A DNA stretch of 64,000 bases from an uncultured virus (IMG/VR IMGVR_UViG_3300030688_000021) (lineage: Duplodnaviria > Heunggongvirae > Uroviricota > Caudoviricetes), in the IMG/VR virus record IMGVR_UViG_3300030688_000021, one strand, 5' to 3'. A program made the position numbers and the translations under genes. Shown piece by piece: positions 17,874-26,973 of the stretch. Numbering within the stretch: position 1 is the first letter of the stretch; every line of letters begins with the position of its first letter. A model generated the notes under the pieces. That model ran no database searches. It had not been told where the DNA came from and saw nothing but the letters and a program-made list of their open reading frames with translations.

Positions 17874-19248
17874 CATCACCCTGGGGGCCTTCAAGGTCCT
17901 CAGGAAAAAAGGCGTCGCCAGCCGAGTGCTGCTAGTCGCCCCACTGCGGGTCTGCTATTCTGTGTGGCCTCGCGAGACTCAGAAGTGGACAGACTTCAAG
18001 GATATCAAGGTAAAGATACTCCACGGAAAGAACAAGAACGACTTGCTTCAGGAACTGCTTGCCGGGGAGGATGCGGCCGACGTCTACGTGATCAACCCAG
18101 AGGGCTTGGAATGGCTGCTCGACGTCACAAAGACTAAGGGCTCGAGTGGCAAGACCAAGGTCGAGGTTAACCTGGCGCGGTTCAAGAAGCTGGGTTTTGA
18201 CACGCTGATCATCGATGAACTGTCGAAGTTCAAGCACACCACCTCAAATCGGTTCAAGGCCTTGAAGTGCATTCTCCATACATTTTCACGTCGCTGGGGC
18301 TTGACTGGGTCTCCGGCCCCGAATGGCCTGATGGATCTATTTGGACAGTGCTTCATCCTGGACCAAGGAAACGCGCTGGGTCAATACATCACTCACTATC
18401 GGTCGAAGTACTTTCTGCCAAGCTACGATGGGTTCGGGTGGACTCTTCAAGAGGGCGCAGACCAGCTGATCTATAAGCGGTTGGCTCCGCTGGCCTTGCG
18501 CATGGCGGCAGAGGACTATCTCGACATGCCGGCGCTCGTGACGAACGACATCTTCGTCGATCTACCTGACTCGGTGCGAGAACTCTATGGCCACTTAGAG
18601 GACGACCTGATTGCGAAGCTTGACGAGCGGACCATCACTGCTGCCACGGCAGCAGTAGCCTCGGTCAAGTGCCGCCAAGTGGCCAACGGCGGGATCTATC
18701 TCGAGCCTGACATTCTTAAACTCTTGAAGAAGCAGAAGTCAGATCGTGAGTGGGTTAACCTCCACGACGCCAAGACCGATGTTTTGGAAGAACTGATCGA
18801 GGAGCTGCAAGGGTCGCCACTCCTGGTGGCCTATGACTTCGCCCACGATTTGGACCGCCTAAAGGCCAGGTTTGGTAAGGACATTCCTATCATCGGTGGC
18901 AGAGGCGGAAAGGCCTCAGACACGGGCAAGCTGATCGATCAGTGGAACGCCGGTGACCTGCCCTTCCTATTTGCGCACCCTCAGTCCGCGGCCCATGGGC
19001 TTGATGGCCTGCAGTTCGTGGGGAACCACGTGTGCTGGCACTCACTGACCTGGGACTACGAGCTGTATGGCCAGTTCATCAGCCGTGTGCTTCGGCAGGG
19101 GAGCAAGAGCAAGCGGGTGTTCAACCACCGGATCATCGCCCGGGACACGGTTGACGAGCGGATTGCGTTTGACTCGCTAGAAGGCAAGAAGAAGGGGCAG
19201 CAAGCCTTATTTGAGGCCTTGAAAAAGTTGGGCCGAGGCAGAAAATAG
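17740..19248 (+). CDS. SNF2-family helicase
   Basis: PHNYQ, DPGLGKT, IIDELS, LTGSP, HGLDGLQ, Q..R..RQG. Confidence 0.95.
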   Translation: MTLKLLSELLSVPWKPHNYQKKAMKFLLEHACAALFLDPGLGKTSITLGAFKVLRKKGVASRVLLVAPLRVCYSVWPRETQKWTDFKDIKVKILHGKNKNDLLQELLAGEDAADVYVINPEGLEWLLDVTKTKGSSGKTKVEVNLARFKKLGFDTLIIDELSKFKHTTSNRFKALKCILHTFSRRWGLTGSPAPNGLMDLFGQCFILDQGNALGQYITHYRSKYFLPSYDGFGWTLQEGADQLIYKRLAPLALRMAAEDYLDMPALVTNDIFVDLPDSVRELYGHLEDDLIAKLDERTITAATAAVASVKCRQVANGGIYLEPDILKLLKKQKSDREWVNLHDAKTDVLEELIEELQGSPLLVAYDFAHDLDRLKARFGKDIPIIGGRGGKASDTGKLIDQWNAGDLPFLFAHPQSAAHGLDGLQFVGNHVCWHSLTWDYELYGQFISRVLRQGSKSKRVFNHRIIARDTVDERIAFDSLEGKKKGQQALFEALKKLGRGRK

Positions 19249-19251
19249 GTG

Positions 19252-19304
19252 TTTACAACGGTGGGTAGGAGCACTAAGATGTTTCTACTAACGCCGCTGA
19301 GGAG
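19252..19304 (+). promoter_or_regulatory. Sigma70-type promoter plus GCTGAGGAG motif
   Basis: TTTACA 19252, 17 bp, TAAGAT 19275; motif 19296. Confidence 0.8.
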
Positions 19305-19312
19305 TGAAGATC

Positions 19313-19513
19313 ATGGCACGCAAACAGCTGAAAACTGACAAGCGCTACATCGCCATGCAGATGATGGCCACGATAGGTTGGGACCCTAAAAATCCGAACG
19401 GCTATGGTCCTTGTGCCTTCCCTCGTGATGAATTTCTTGAGATCGAGGCGCAGATTGATTATGATCTGTCTCACCCTCTCGCGTTTCCCAGGTTGAAGGA
19501 GGACCGATCATGA
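19313..19513 (+). CDS. Hypothetical protein
   Basis: ATG after motif; coupled to next ORF. Confidence 0.65.
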   Translation: MARKQLKTDKRYIAMQMMATIGWDPKNPNGYGPCAFPRDEFLEIEAQIDYDLSHPLAFPRLKEDRS

Positions 19514-19737
19514 TCATCGTCATCCACATCCACTTCGTCGGCCAGAAGATCCTGCGTCCGTTCAACCGTGCTTCGTCGTTTGACGAGATGTGTGAAATGC
19601 TGAAGACCTTTATTGTGGCTGAGAGGATGCAGGTTACTGACTTGAAGCTGCACGACAACTTTGGCACTGACGAGCCCATCATTAAGGCCCGTAGCGCCGT
19701 GGCAGAGGTCGAGTTCTTTGCCTTCTTGGAGGACTGA
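19510..19737 (+). CDS. Hypothetical protein
   Basis: RBS aaggagg; ATGA coupling. Confidence 0.65.
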   Translation: MIIVIHIHFVGQKILRPFNRASSFDEMCEMLKTFIVAERMQVTDLKLHDNFGTDEPIIKARSAVAEVEFFAFLED

Positions 19738-19739
19738 TC

Positions 19740-20378
19740 ATGGCCAAAGCCCCGAAGCCAATCACCGGCACCAACTACTTCAAATTCCATTGCCCGGTCT
19801 ATGGGACCGTTCGCTCCTTCGAGGAGGCCAAGCAGCTGTGCCTGGACCACTCAATGGGCCGGCGAAACCACTCGGCCATGGTGCACGCCATCCTCCGCGC
19901 CTCGAAGGACCCGATCTTGCACATGCTCCATGAGGAGCGCTTGGCCGGCCATCCCATCTACTTCACCGAGGACCCTGACGCCGAGCCAGGCTACCCAAGC
20001 GACGCCGTGCTGGAGCGGATCGCTCCACTGCTGATCCTCGACTCCTTCATGCAGGGCTGCACCGACGAGGAGCGGACCCAGCTGGTCGCCCTGAACGAGT
20101 CAGCAGTTCCTGTTGGCACCAGGGTCTCAGGCTCAGCCCTGAAGCCCAAGCGCAAGATGGGTAAGACCACTGCCTCTGACAAGCCCAAGGCAGTCAGGAC
20201 TCCACGCGAGGCCGGCAAGCCCTCAGCTGCCGGTCGCTTCCGTGAACTGATCTTGGCCGGTGGTAAGTCAGACGACGAGATCTTTGCAGCCGTCAAGGCG
20301 GAATTTAACCTCGACGACAATCGTAGGTCGTACGTGGACTGGTACCGTAAGGATCTGAAGAAGCAGGGTAAGTTATAA
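19740..20378 (+). CDS. Protein with C-terminal WYR domain
   Basis: KPSAAGRFRELILAG..YVDWYRKDLKKQGKL. Confidence 0.85.
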   Translation: MAKAPKPITGTNYFKFHCPVYGTVRSFEEAKQLCLDHSMGRRNHSAMVHAILRASKDPILHMLHEERLAGHPIYFTEDPDAEPGYPSDAVLERIAPLLILDSFMQGCTDEERTQLVALNESAVPVGTRVSGSALKPKRKMGKTTASDKPKAVRTPREAGKPSAAGRFRELILAGGKSDDEIFAAVKAEFNLDDNRRSYVDWYRKDLKKQGKL

Positions 20379-20385
20379 AAATCAG

Positions 20386-20437
20386 TTTACGGGCATCGTC
20401 GTCCGTGCTATGATGCCTAATCTGCCTTGCTGAGGAA
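20386..20437 (+). promoter_or_regulatory. Sigma70-type promoter plus GCTGAGGAA variant
   Basis: TTTACG 20386, 17 bp, TATGAT 20409; motif 20429. Confidence 0.75.
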
Positions 20438-20441
20438 TGAC

Positions 20442-21536
20442 ATGGGCAAAAAGTATCCCTACACCAGCACCCGCTACAGCCAAGGTCCCTTTCGAGTGGC
20501 AATTGGCGCGGCGTTCTCAGGGCCCTCCCGTCTGTGGAACGGCAATGAGCATCGTCCTACGGCGGTCGTGACGAAAGTTCATGCAGATTACATCCGCGTG
20601 GCGTCGCACGACTTTTTCCAGGTCGAGATCTTAGAAGTTCGACACGTTGACTTCGCCAAGCTGTTTGAGCCGCTGCTGGTTCCTGGGATCCAGGCTGCCT
20701 ATGAGCTGCTTCACCTCTGTGATAGTATGCTCATCGTTCCTCCAGTGGACACCGAGCTCCAAAAGCTCATCATCGACCCTAAGGAGGACGTCGTGCCACG
20801 CGACAAAACAAAACTACCGTCGAAGACCAATGCCACAGCCGAGAAATTTGCTGGGACCTTGACCGCCTACGGTCCTGGTCCTCGGAGCAACGGTCGAAAC
20901 CACACCTGCCTCGTCACCAAGCGAGACAAGGAGTGGACTGAGTACGTGTCCTTGTATGACGGCTGCACCATGGGGCTCGTGCTTGGGAAGACTCACACAG
21001 CTGAGTTTGACCTGTGGTACGCCAAGTCGGACAATTTCCCCGTCGTCAAGCTGGCGAACCTCTATTTCGAGTATGCACGCCACGCCGGGGCTACCAAGGA
21101 GGCACTGGATGTCCTGTGCCGAGTCATCAACATTTCTGATCAGGAGTACGAAATGGCTGTTGCCAAGAAGAACGCCCAAGCCCCGAAGGCTGATACCGAA
21201 GCTGCCAAGCCGGCCTCTGAGCCCAAGGCCACGAAAGCGCCTGCCGTGAAGTCCGCTGCTGAGCCCAAGGCTCCTGCTGCGAAAGCCGCCAAGGTCGACA
21301 AGCCCGCGGCGAAGACCGACGCCAAGGCGGATACCGGAGCCGCCAAGCCCTCTGCCTCGGCGCGCTTCAAAGAGCTGATCATGGCCGGCAACAAGACCGA
21401 TGACGAGATCTTCGCCCTGGTCAAGACCGAGTTCAGCCTGTCCGACGACAAGCGCGGCTACGTCAAGTGGTACCGGAACGACATGGCCAAGAAGGGCCTT
21501 AACCCGCCGGCGGCCAAGGAACCCAAGGCCAAGTAA
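20442..21536 (+). CDS. Protein with Ala/Lys/Pro-rich linker and C-terminal WYR domain
   Basis: KPSASARFKELIMAG..YVKWYRNDM; possible internal starts with RBS near 20793 and 21153. Confidence 0.85.
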   Translation: MGKKYPYTSTRYSQGPFRVAIGAAFSGPSRLWNGNEHRPTAVVTKVHADYIRVASHDFFQVEILEVRHVDFAKLFEPLLVPGIQAAYELLHLCDSMLIVPPVDTELQKLIIDPKEDVVPRDKTKLPSKTNATAEKFAGTLTAYGPGPRSNGRNHTCLVTKRDKEWTEYVSLYDGCTMGLVLGKTHTAEFDLWYAKSDNFPVVKLANLYFEYARHAGATKEALDVLCRVINISDQEYEMAVAKKNAQAPKADTEAAKPASEPKATKAPAVKSAAEPKAPAAKAAKVDKPAAKTDAKADTGAAKPSASARFKELIMAGNKTDDEIFALVKTEFSLSDDKRGYVKWYRNDMAKKGLNPPAAKEPKAK

Positions 21537-21547
21537 CGAAACTCTCT

Positions 21548-21588
21548 GCAAAGGCGCTTAGGTCTGACGCCTGAGCGCCTTTGCTTTA
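21548..21588 (+). terminator. Probable intrinsic terminator
   Basis: gcaaaggcgcttagg / cctgagcgcctttgc stem followed by ttt. Confidence 0.65.
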
Positions 21589-21608
21589 TCTGATTGAGGA
21601 TGTGGACC

Positions 21609-22427
21609 ATGGTTCAACGACGTGAAAAGACCCGGGATGACCGGGACTACGACAGCACACAGCTCCGTGAGGCTGGACATGGCAAGACGTTGGGGCGAGA
21701 CTACTCGGCGCACTTTTTCCGCTGGAGTTTCGCCCGGCGGTTCATCGGCCTGAAGGACAACGTCATCGAGGTCGGCTGCGGCGAGGATCGGCCCTTGAGC
21801 AAGATCTTGACGGGCGGGGCAGCTCCTCACGTGAACACTTACGTGGGCGTGGACATCAACAAGCTCAAGACGTCGAACAGCCAGCGCCTGACCTTCATTG
21901 GCGAGTTCAACTTCGTCGAGCGCTGGAAGGAAGCTCTGAAGCTGCGTCCTGAGGGCTACGACGTGGTCGTGAACTACGAGGTCATCGAGCACATGGCCGT
22001 CGAACACGGTGCCGCGATGCTGAAGGCCTTCTTCCAAGTGCTGAAGCCAGGTGGTAAGCTGTTGCTGTCGACACCTTGCTACGACGGCAAGCGCCACGCG
22101 GCAAACCATATTCATGAATTCACGGTGCCTGAGCTGCAGGGCTACATCGAGAAGGCCGGCTTCGTGATTGAGCAGCGCTACGGCACTTTCATGGACATCA
22201 AGCACATCGGGAAGCCAGCCAGCCAGCTCGACCCTGAGCTGACCAAGGCAATCCTGAAGGTCCACAAGGAGCTGGAGTCGTATTACGACAACGACGCCCT
22301 GAGCTGCCTGTTCGCGCCAATCTACCCGAACCAGGCCCGTAATAACCTGTGGGTCTGCACCAAGCCTGCCGACGGCAAGCCTGCGAAGTCGGCCAAGAAA
22401 ACCACCGTCAAAGGAGCGCCCTGGTAA
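21609..22427 (+). CDS. Class I SAM-dependent methyltransferase
   Basis: VIEVGCG, YVGVDI, YDVVVNYEVIEH, LKPGGKLLLSTP, HIHEF. Confidence 0.92.
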   Translation: MVQRREKTRDDRDYDSTQLREAGHGKTLGRDYSAHFFRWSFARRFIGLKDNVIEVGCGEDRPLSKILTGGAAPHVNTYVGVDINKLKTSNSQRLTFIGEFNFVERWKEALKLRPEGYDVVVNYEVIEHMAVEHGAAMLKAFFQVLKPGGKLLLSTPCYDGKRHAANHIHEFTVPELQGYIEKAGFVIEQRYGTFMDIKHIGKPASQLDPELTKAILKVHKELESYYDNDALSCLFAPIYPNQARNNLWVCTKPADGKPAKSAKKTTVKGAPW

Positions 22428-22942
22428 TGGAAACTGTCCCCCCTTTCACTCGACCGCTGGTGCCTGATCACGAGCTTCGCGACGTCCGTGAGTTCATGCT
22501 GAAGTTCGGCCAGCTGGTCCACAACGTCCCTGGGCATCTCACTAAGCGCAAGCTGGGTGAGCGCGAGGTCTTCATGCAAGAAGAACTTAATGAGTTCAAG
22601 GAAGCCGCCTCCAAGCAGGATCTGGCCGGCATGGCCGACGCCCTCGTCGACCTGTGCTACGTACTTAAAGGCACGGCTATTATGCTGGGCCTGCCGTGGG
22701 AGGCGCTGTGGGCTGATGTCCATCGGGCCAACATGTCCAAGGTCAAGGGGCTGACTCACCGAGGCCATCTGGTGGACGCCAAGAAGCCTGAGGGCTGGAT
22801 TGGGCCCAAGACCTGGGAGCTTCTTGAGGAGTTCGGCTACGTCCAAGCCAGCTGGTGCACTCCTGAGTGGTCAGCCCACCGCGACGAGTCAAAGTGCCGC
22901 GACGACGAGATCCATCAGGAGGCGTCCCATGGCTCCGTTTGA
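22427..22942 (+). CDS. MazG-like (all-alpha) dNTP pyrophosphohydrolase
   Basis: EELNE, ADALVDLCYV..G, VHRANMSK, KPEGW..P. Confidence 0.9.
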   Translation: METVPPFTRPLVPDHELRDVREFMLKFGQLVHNVPGHLTKRKLGEREVFMQEELNEFKEAASKQDLAGMADALVDLCYVLKGTAIMLGLPWEALWADVHRANMSKVKGLTHRGHLVDAKKPEGWIGPKTWELLEEFGYVQASWCTPEWSAHRDESKCRDDEIHQEASHGSV

Positions 22943-23861
22943 TCGTCATTCGTGCCGGCTCACAATTTTCGAGGGTCCCGATGGAAGTGGAAAGACCACG
23001 GCGGCCAAGTCTTACGCGCGATTAAACAACGCCAAGTACGTGCACTTCGGACCGCTTGCCAAAATCACCAAGGGATTGGCCCGCCTGTACGTCGAGGCCA
23101 TGATGCCGGCGCTGCTCGGGTATCAGGACGTCGTCTTCGACCGCTGCTGGTTGAGCGAGGTGCCGTATGGCCTCGCCTTCCGTAACGGCGAAGACCGCCT
23201 GGGTGACGACCAGCGACGGATGCTCGAGCGCTTGGCTCTTCGATGCGGCGCCGTCGTGGTGAAGTGCTTACCGCCGTGGTCCACTGTGCGCGGTAATTAC
23301 CTCAGCAGGAAGGAGATCGAATACCTCGAAAACGAGGATCAGCTCATGTTGGTCTACGGGCAGTACCAAGCCATGGCGACAGCGCTTCCCGTCTATAACT
23401 TTGACTACACCGCGCATGCGTCTGGTGTTCCAGTCGTTAACTCGCTGCGCAGTCAAAGCCATTCTGTGTCAGTCGCCTCAGCCGGCAACGCACTGGCCAA
23501 AATTGTGCTCGTGGGCGAGAATTTCGCCGAACCTTGCGAGCATGGTCCGTGGTACCAATGGCCGTTCGCATCGTTCACCGGCTCTGGCTGCAGCCAGTGG
23601 CTAACTCAGCAGCTTCACGCAGCCGGGATCGGAGAGAACCAGCTGTGCTGGGTCAATGCCGATCAAAATCTCGAAGAATTCTTCGAGAAGTCGACGAGTC
23701 TAAGCTCCACGGTCTTCGCGCTTGGCGGCACTGCTAGTGGGGTCTTAGATCGTCTAGGGCAGTGCCACGTTCGTCAATCGCATCCACAGTATTGGAAGCG
23801 GTTCTGGTCTGCCGAGCCCTATCCTCTCATTGGCGCCATCAAGGAGGTCCTCAATGCTTAA
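22929..23861 (+). CDS. dNMP kinase fused to uracil-DNA-glycosylase-like domain
   Basis: IFEGPDGSGKTT and FDR..SE.PYG; C-terminal LVGE, VNA, FALG..A, HPQY. Confidence 0.8.
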   Translation: MAPFDRHSCRLTIFEGPDGSGKTTAAKSYARLNNAKYVHFGPLAKITKGLARLYVEAMMPALLGYQDVVFDRCWLSEVPYGLAFRNGEDRLGDDQRRMLERLALRCGAVVVKCLPPWSTVRGNYLSRKEIEYLENEDQLMLVYGQYQAMATALPVYNFDYTAHASGVPVVNSLRSQSHSVSVASAGNALAKIVLVGENFAEPCEHGPWYQWPFASFTGSGCSQWLTQQLHAAGIGENQLCWVNADQNLEEFFEKSTSLSSTVFALGGTASGVLDRLGQCHVRQSHPQYWKRFWSAEPYPLIGAIKEVLNA

Positions 23862-24669
23862 AGAAGCCGCTCCGCTGTCGAACGTCTGGGTTAAGACCCT
23901 GGCTGACATTATCGTCAACGGCCACCCGGTGGCTCCTCGCGGCCAGCGCACCTTGGAGATCCCCCAACATACCGTGTTGGTTGACATGCTCCACCCAGTG
24001 TTGCTGGTCAAGGAGCGAAAGCTCCAGTATCGGTTTATGGCGGCCGAGGCCCACTGGATCTTGTCTGGTGACAACCGGGTGGAGACCATCGCCCCGTTCA
24101 ACAAGAACATCGGCCGTTTCAGTGACAACGGCCAGACGTTCGACGGAGCCTATGGTCCTCGGATCCAGGCTCAACTTGACTACGTGGTCGAGAAGCTGTT
24201 GGAGGATCCAGACACGCGCCAGGCTGTCATGGCTATCTGGACACCGAACCCCGAGCCTTCGAAGGACATCCCCTGCACGGTGGCTTTTTCGTTCATGGTC
24301 CGTGGTTCGAAGCTGAATGTCCACGGCTTCATGCGTTCCTCGGACGCATGGTTGGGGCTTCCGTATGACGCCTTCAACTTCAGCATGCTTGGCGCTCTGG
24401 TCTGCGACAGCTTGAACCAGCGCCGGACTGACAAGCTGTCTCCAGGTACGCTCTTCTTGACGCTTGCGAGCAGTCACCTCTACGAGCAGCATTGGGCCGA
24501 CGCCGAGAAGATCATCGATCAGTCTTTTTGGGATTCATACTCAGATCCTGTGCCCTCAAATTACTATGAGGGTCTTGGCCTGACGCTCTATCTGCTCGAT
24601 GGGCTGAAGCACACGACTCCTGGGCATCAGGCTCGGTGGTGGGGGGCGAAAGATGCGGCCGTCTCGTGA
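23854..24669 (+). CDS. Thymidylate synthase-fold enzyme, predicted dCMP (hydroxy)methyltransferase
   Basis: GAYGPR, TRQA, DIPCT, MRSSDAWLGLPYD, SSHLY. Confidence 0.88.
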   Translation: MLKEAAPLSNVWVKTLADIIVNGHPVAPRGQRTLEIPQHTVLVDMLHPVLLVKERKLQYRFMAAEAHWILSGDNRVETIAPFNKNIGRFSDNGQTFDGAYGPRIQAQLDYVVEKLLEDPDTRQAVMAIWTPNPEPSKDIPCTVAFSFMVRGSKLNVHGFMRSSDAWLGLPYDAFNFSMLGALVCDSLNQRRTDKLSPGTLFLTLASSHLYEQHWADAEKIIDQSFWDSYSDPVPSNYYEGLGLTLYLLDGLKHTTPGHQARWWGAKDAAVS

Positions 24670-25147
24670 CGATTGGGCTCTGGAGCTGGTCAGGGCCACG
24701 GCCAAGCGCTCAACATGCCTGCGCCGTCAGGTGGGCTGCGTGCTGCTAAGCGCACGTGGCCACGTGTTGGCCACCGGATACAACGGGGTTGCGGCTGGGT
24801 TGCCCCACTGCAATGAGGTCACCAAGATAACCACTGGGCCATGTGGTGGCAAGGTCTGGGGCCACGCTTGCTCAGGGGCGCACTCGGCCAGTGGTACGAA
24901 CTTGGATGGCTGCCAGGCAATCCACGCAGAGCAGAACGCCCTGTTGCAGTGCAAGGACGTTTACGAGATCGACACTTGCTACGTGTCAGCCAGTCCTTGC
25001 ATGACCTGCGTGAAACTGCTTCTGAACACTGGATGCACGAGGATCGTGTTCATCGACGAGTACCCCCACAAGGAAGCCGGCACCTTGTGGACACAGAACC
25101 GCGGTGCCTCGGGCTGGGTCCTTGATGGTGGAAAATTGCCGTTCTAG
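24653..25147 (+). CDS. dCMP deaminase
   Basis: RSTC.RRQVG, TGYNG, HAEQNAL, SPCMTC. Confidence 0.95.
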   Translation: MRPSRDDWALELVRATAKRSTCLRRQVGCVLLSARGHVLATGYNGVAAGLPHCNEVTKITTGPCGGKVWGHACSGAHSASGTNLDGCQAIHAEQNALLQCKDVYEIDTCYVSASPCMTCVKLLLNTGCTRIVFIDEYPHKEAGTLWTQNRGASGWVLDGGKLPF

Positions 25148-25159
25148 TGAAATTATGTA

Positions 25160-25214
25160 TTTACAGCTTCTCAGCAGCGCACTAAGATGCTTCTATCAAC
25201 GCTGCTGAGGAGCT
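25160..25214 (+). promoter_or_regulatory. Sigma70-type promoter, GCTGAGGAG motif, 15-bp RBS-sequestering inverted repeat
   Basis: TTTACA 25160, 17 bp, TAAGAT 25183; motif 25204; arms 25165-25179/25200-25214. Confidence 0.85.
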
Positions 25215-25218
25215 AATC

Positions 25219-25503
25219 ATGAAGACCTTCGACCTTACACCCAAAGAAATGACAGCCGCCCGTCGCTTTGTGCAGGTTTGCCTCCACGGCATGGGAGGTT
25301 CCCGCCCCAGCGACCTTGAGCAGGACGAGTATACCTGGGTTTCCCTCGAGGATCTTCTGAGCGACTTCACCCGCCACGAGGCCGCCGGCCTGATGTCCTC
25401 CCTTGCTGACAAGGGCTTTATCTTTGAGTATGACAAGAAGACGTGGGTGGTTGACACCGACGGCTGGCGCTGGATGGATACCGTCTGGGATAAGCCCATC
25501 TGA
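25219..25503 (+). CDS. Hypothetical protein, possible winged helix
   Basis: AAGLMSSLADKGFI pattern. Confidence 0.7.
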   Translation: MKTFDLTPKEMTAARRFVQVCLHGMGGSRPSDLEQDEYTWVSLEDLLSDFTRHEAAGLMSSLADKGFIFEYDKKTWVVDTDGWRWMDTVWDKPI

Positions 25504-25614
25504 TAAGGCAAGAGCCATCTGAAACAGACTGAGACCTGCGTCTATAGGCCCCAGTCTGTTTACCTAAATCCCTGCACGGCCAGATGAGGATCCTGCCGTG
25601 CCCTGGAGAGAACC

Positions 25615-26082
25615 ATGGAAATAAAGCATGACTTCAAGGGAAGGCTCTTCTCGGCCGATGACGTCAGGGCCTACGCCCTGGCTGGGAACGCTATCCTGAC
25701 CCTGAAATCCTCCATAACGGGAGGGCGCCACACTTACAAGATCCGGAAGAAAAACGACACGGAGTTGTGGTACGTGAGCGCTCTCACGGGCTCAGACAAC
25801 GACAAGGCCTCATCATACTCATACATGGGCTCCATCCAAAATGGCCAGTACCGTCATGGCTGGTCCAGAGCCAAGGTGCCAACGACCTCTCAGAGCCACA
25901 AGGTCTTCGATTGGTTCTGGAAGCTGCTGGCCACTGGGCCTGTGCTCCACAAGGACCTGGAGGTCTGGCACGAGGGACGCTGCGGCAGGTGCGGCCGTAA
26001 GCTGACTGTGCCGGAGAGCATCAGCCGAGGCCTTGGGCCTGAGTGCTCGACCATCGTGGGAAGCCGTCATGACCCGCGTTGA
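25615..26082 (+). CDS. DUF6011-type zinc-finger protein
   Basis: HEGRCGRCGRKLTVPESISRGLGPEC. Confidence 0.88.
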   Translation: MEIKHDFKGRLFSADDVRAYALAGNAILTLKSSITGGRHTYKIRKKNDTELWYVSALTGSDNDKASSYSYMGSIQNGQYRHGWSRAKVPTTSQSHKVFDWFWKLLATGPVLHKDLEVWHEGRCGRCGRKLTVPESISRGLGPECSTIVGSRHDPR

Positions 26083-26191
26083 TCTCGTGCCTCCTCAGAT
26101 GCCGTGTGACCAGCACCTTCTCGCTGAGTTCCGCGAGCTCACAAGAATTCCGTCGGCCGTGGCGCGTGTGGCGTGCGAGATAGGAGGCTGA

Positions 26192-26698
26192 ATGATGACA
26201 CATCTTGAGCCCAAGTGGCAGTCCCTGGTCAATCTTGGTTACCGCAAAACCTCTAACAAGTACGGTTTAGTCAGCCGTCTTGACCGCCCTGACTGGGCAG
26301 CCCACCTTGAGAAGGAGACGAACAGGGCGGTCGACGCCGACGAGATATACGGGCAGTGGGAGGACTACTGGAGGCGGTGCCGCAGTAAGGACACACTGGA
26401 ATTTGGCGCTGAGCTGCCCAGAAACTTCCCCAGCTCGTCGGGTGCCAGAACTGGATATCGACGCAAGCCTGGTGATCCTGAGGCCACCGTGCTCACGTGG
26501 AAGCAGCGAGCTGAAATCGCTGAGGCGAAGTTGCAAAGACAAGATTGGTTGAATTGGAGAAGCGAAATGCAGTGCTCAGCAAAGGCGGATGAAGATCCCT
26601 ACGCGTGGCTTGGTAGAATAGCGTTCTGGGTGCTTATGGCGGCTCTTGCGGTTATTCTGGCCATTGCGTCAATCAAGTTTGGAGGACCAAAATGCTGA
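26192..26698 (+). CDS. Hypothetical protein with C-terminal TM helix
   Basis: RBS aggagg; ORF track. Confidence 0.65.
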   Translation: MMTHLEPKWQSLVNLGYRKTSNKYGLVSRLDRPDWAAHLEKETNRAVDADEIYGQWEDYWRRCRSKDTLEFGAELPRNFPSSSGARTGYRRKPGDPEATVLTWKQRAEIAEAKLQRQDWLNWRSEMQCSAKADEDPYAWLGRIAFWVLMAALAVILAIASIKFGGPKC

Positions 26699-26973
26699 AC
26701 ATCAGTGAGATCAACATGAAGGTCGAGGCCTTACGGTGCCTCACGTCGGAGATCAGAATGATGCTTCGCTACTCCCCCGACACAGAATTTGCTGTCAAGA
26801 TCGGTCCGGCAAGCGAGGACATTAGAACTGTTCTCAGCGCCAGGTCAATTGTGAGATCGATGTTCATGCAGGCCCGTGGGATGCAAAGCTGGTTTCGCCA
26901 CGCCGGAATTGACCCCGGTATCGAGCTCCCTCGCAAAGAGCACGGAACCATGAAACCCACGTCGGAGGACTGA
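26692..26973 (+). CDS. Hypothetical protein
   Basis: RBS ggagga. Confidence 0.6.
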   Translation: MLNISEINMKVEALRCLTSEIRMMLRYSPDTEFAVKIGPASEDIRTVLSARSIVRSMFMQARGMQSWFRHAGIDPGIELPRKEHGTMKPTSED

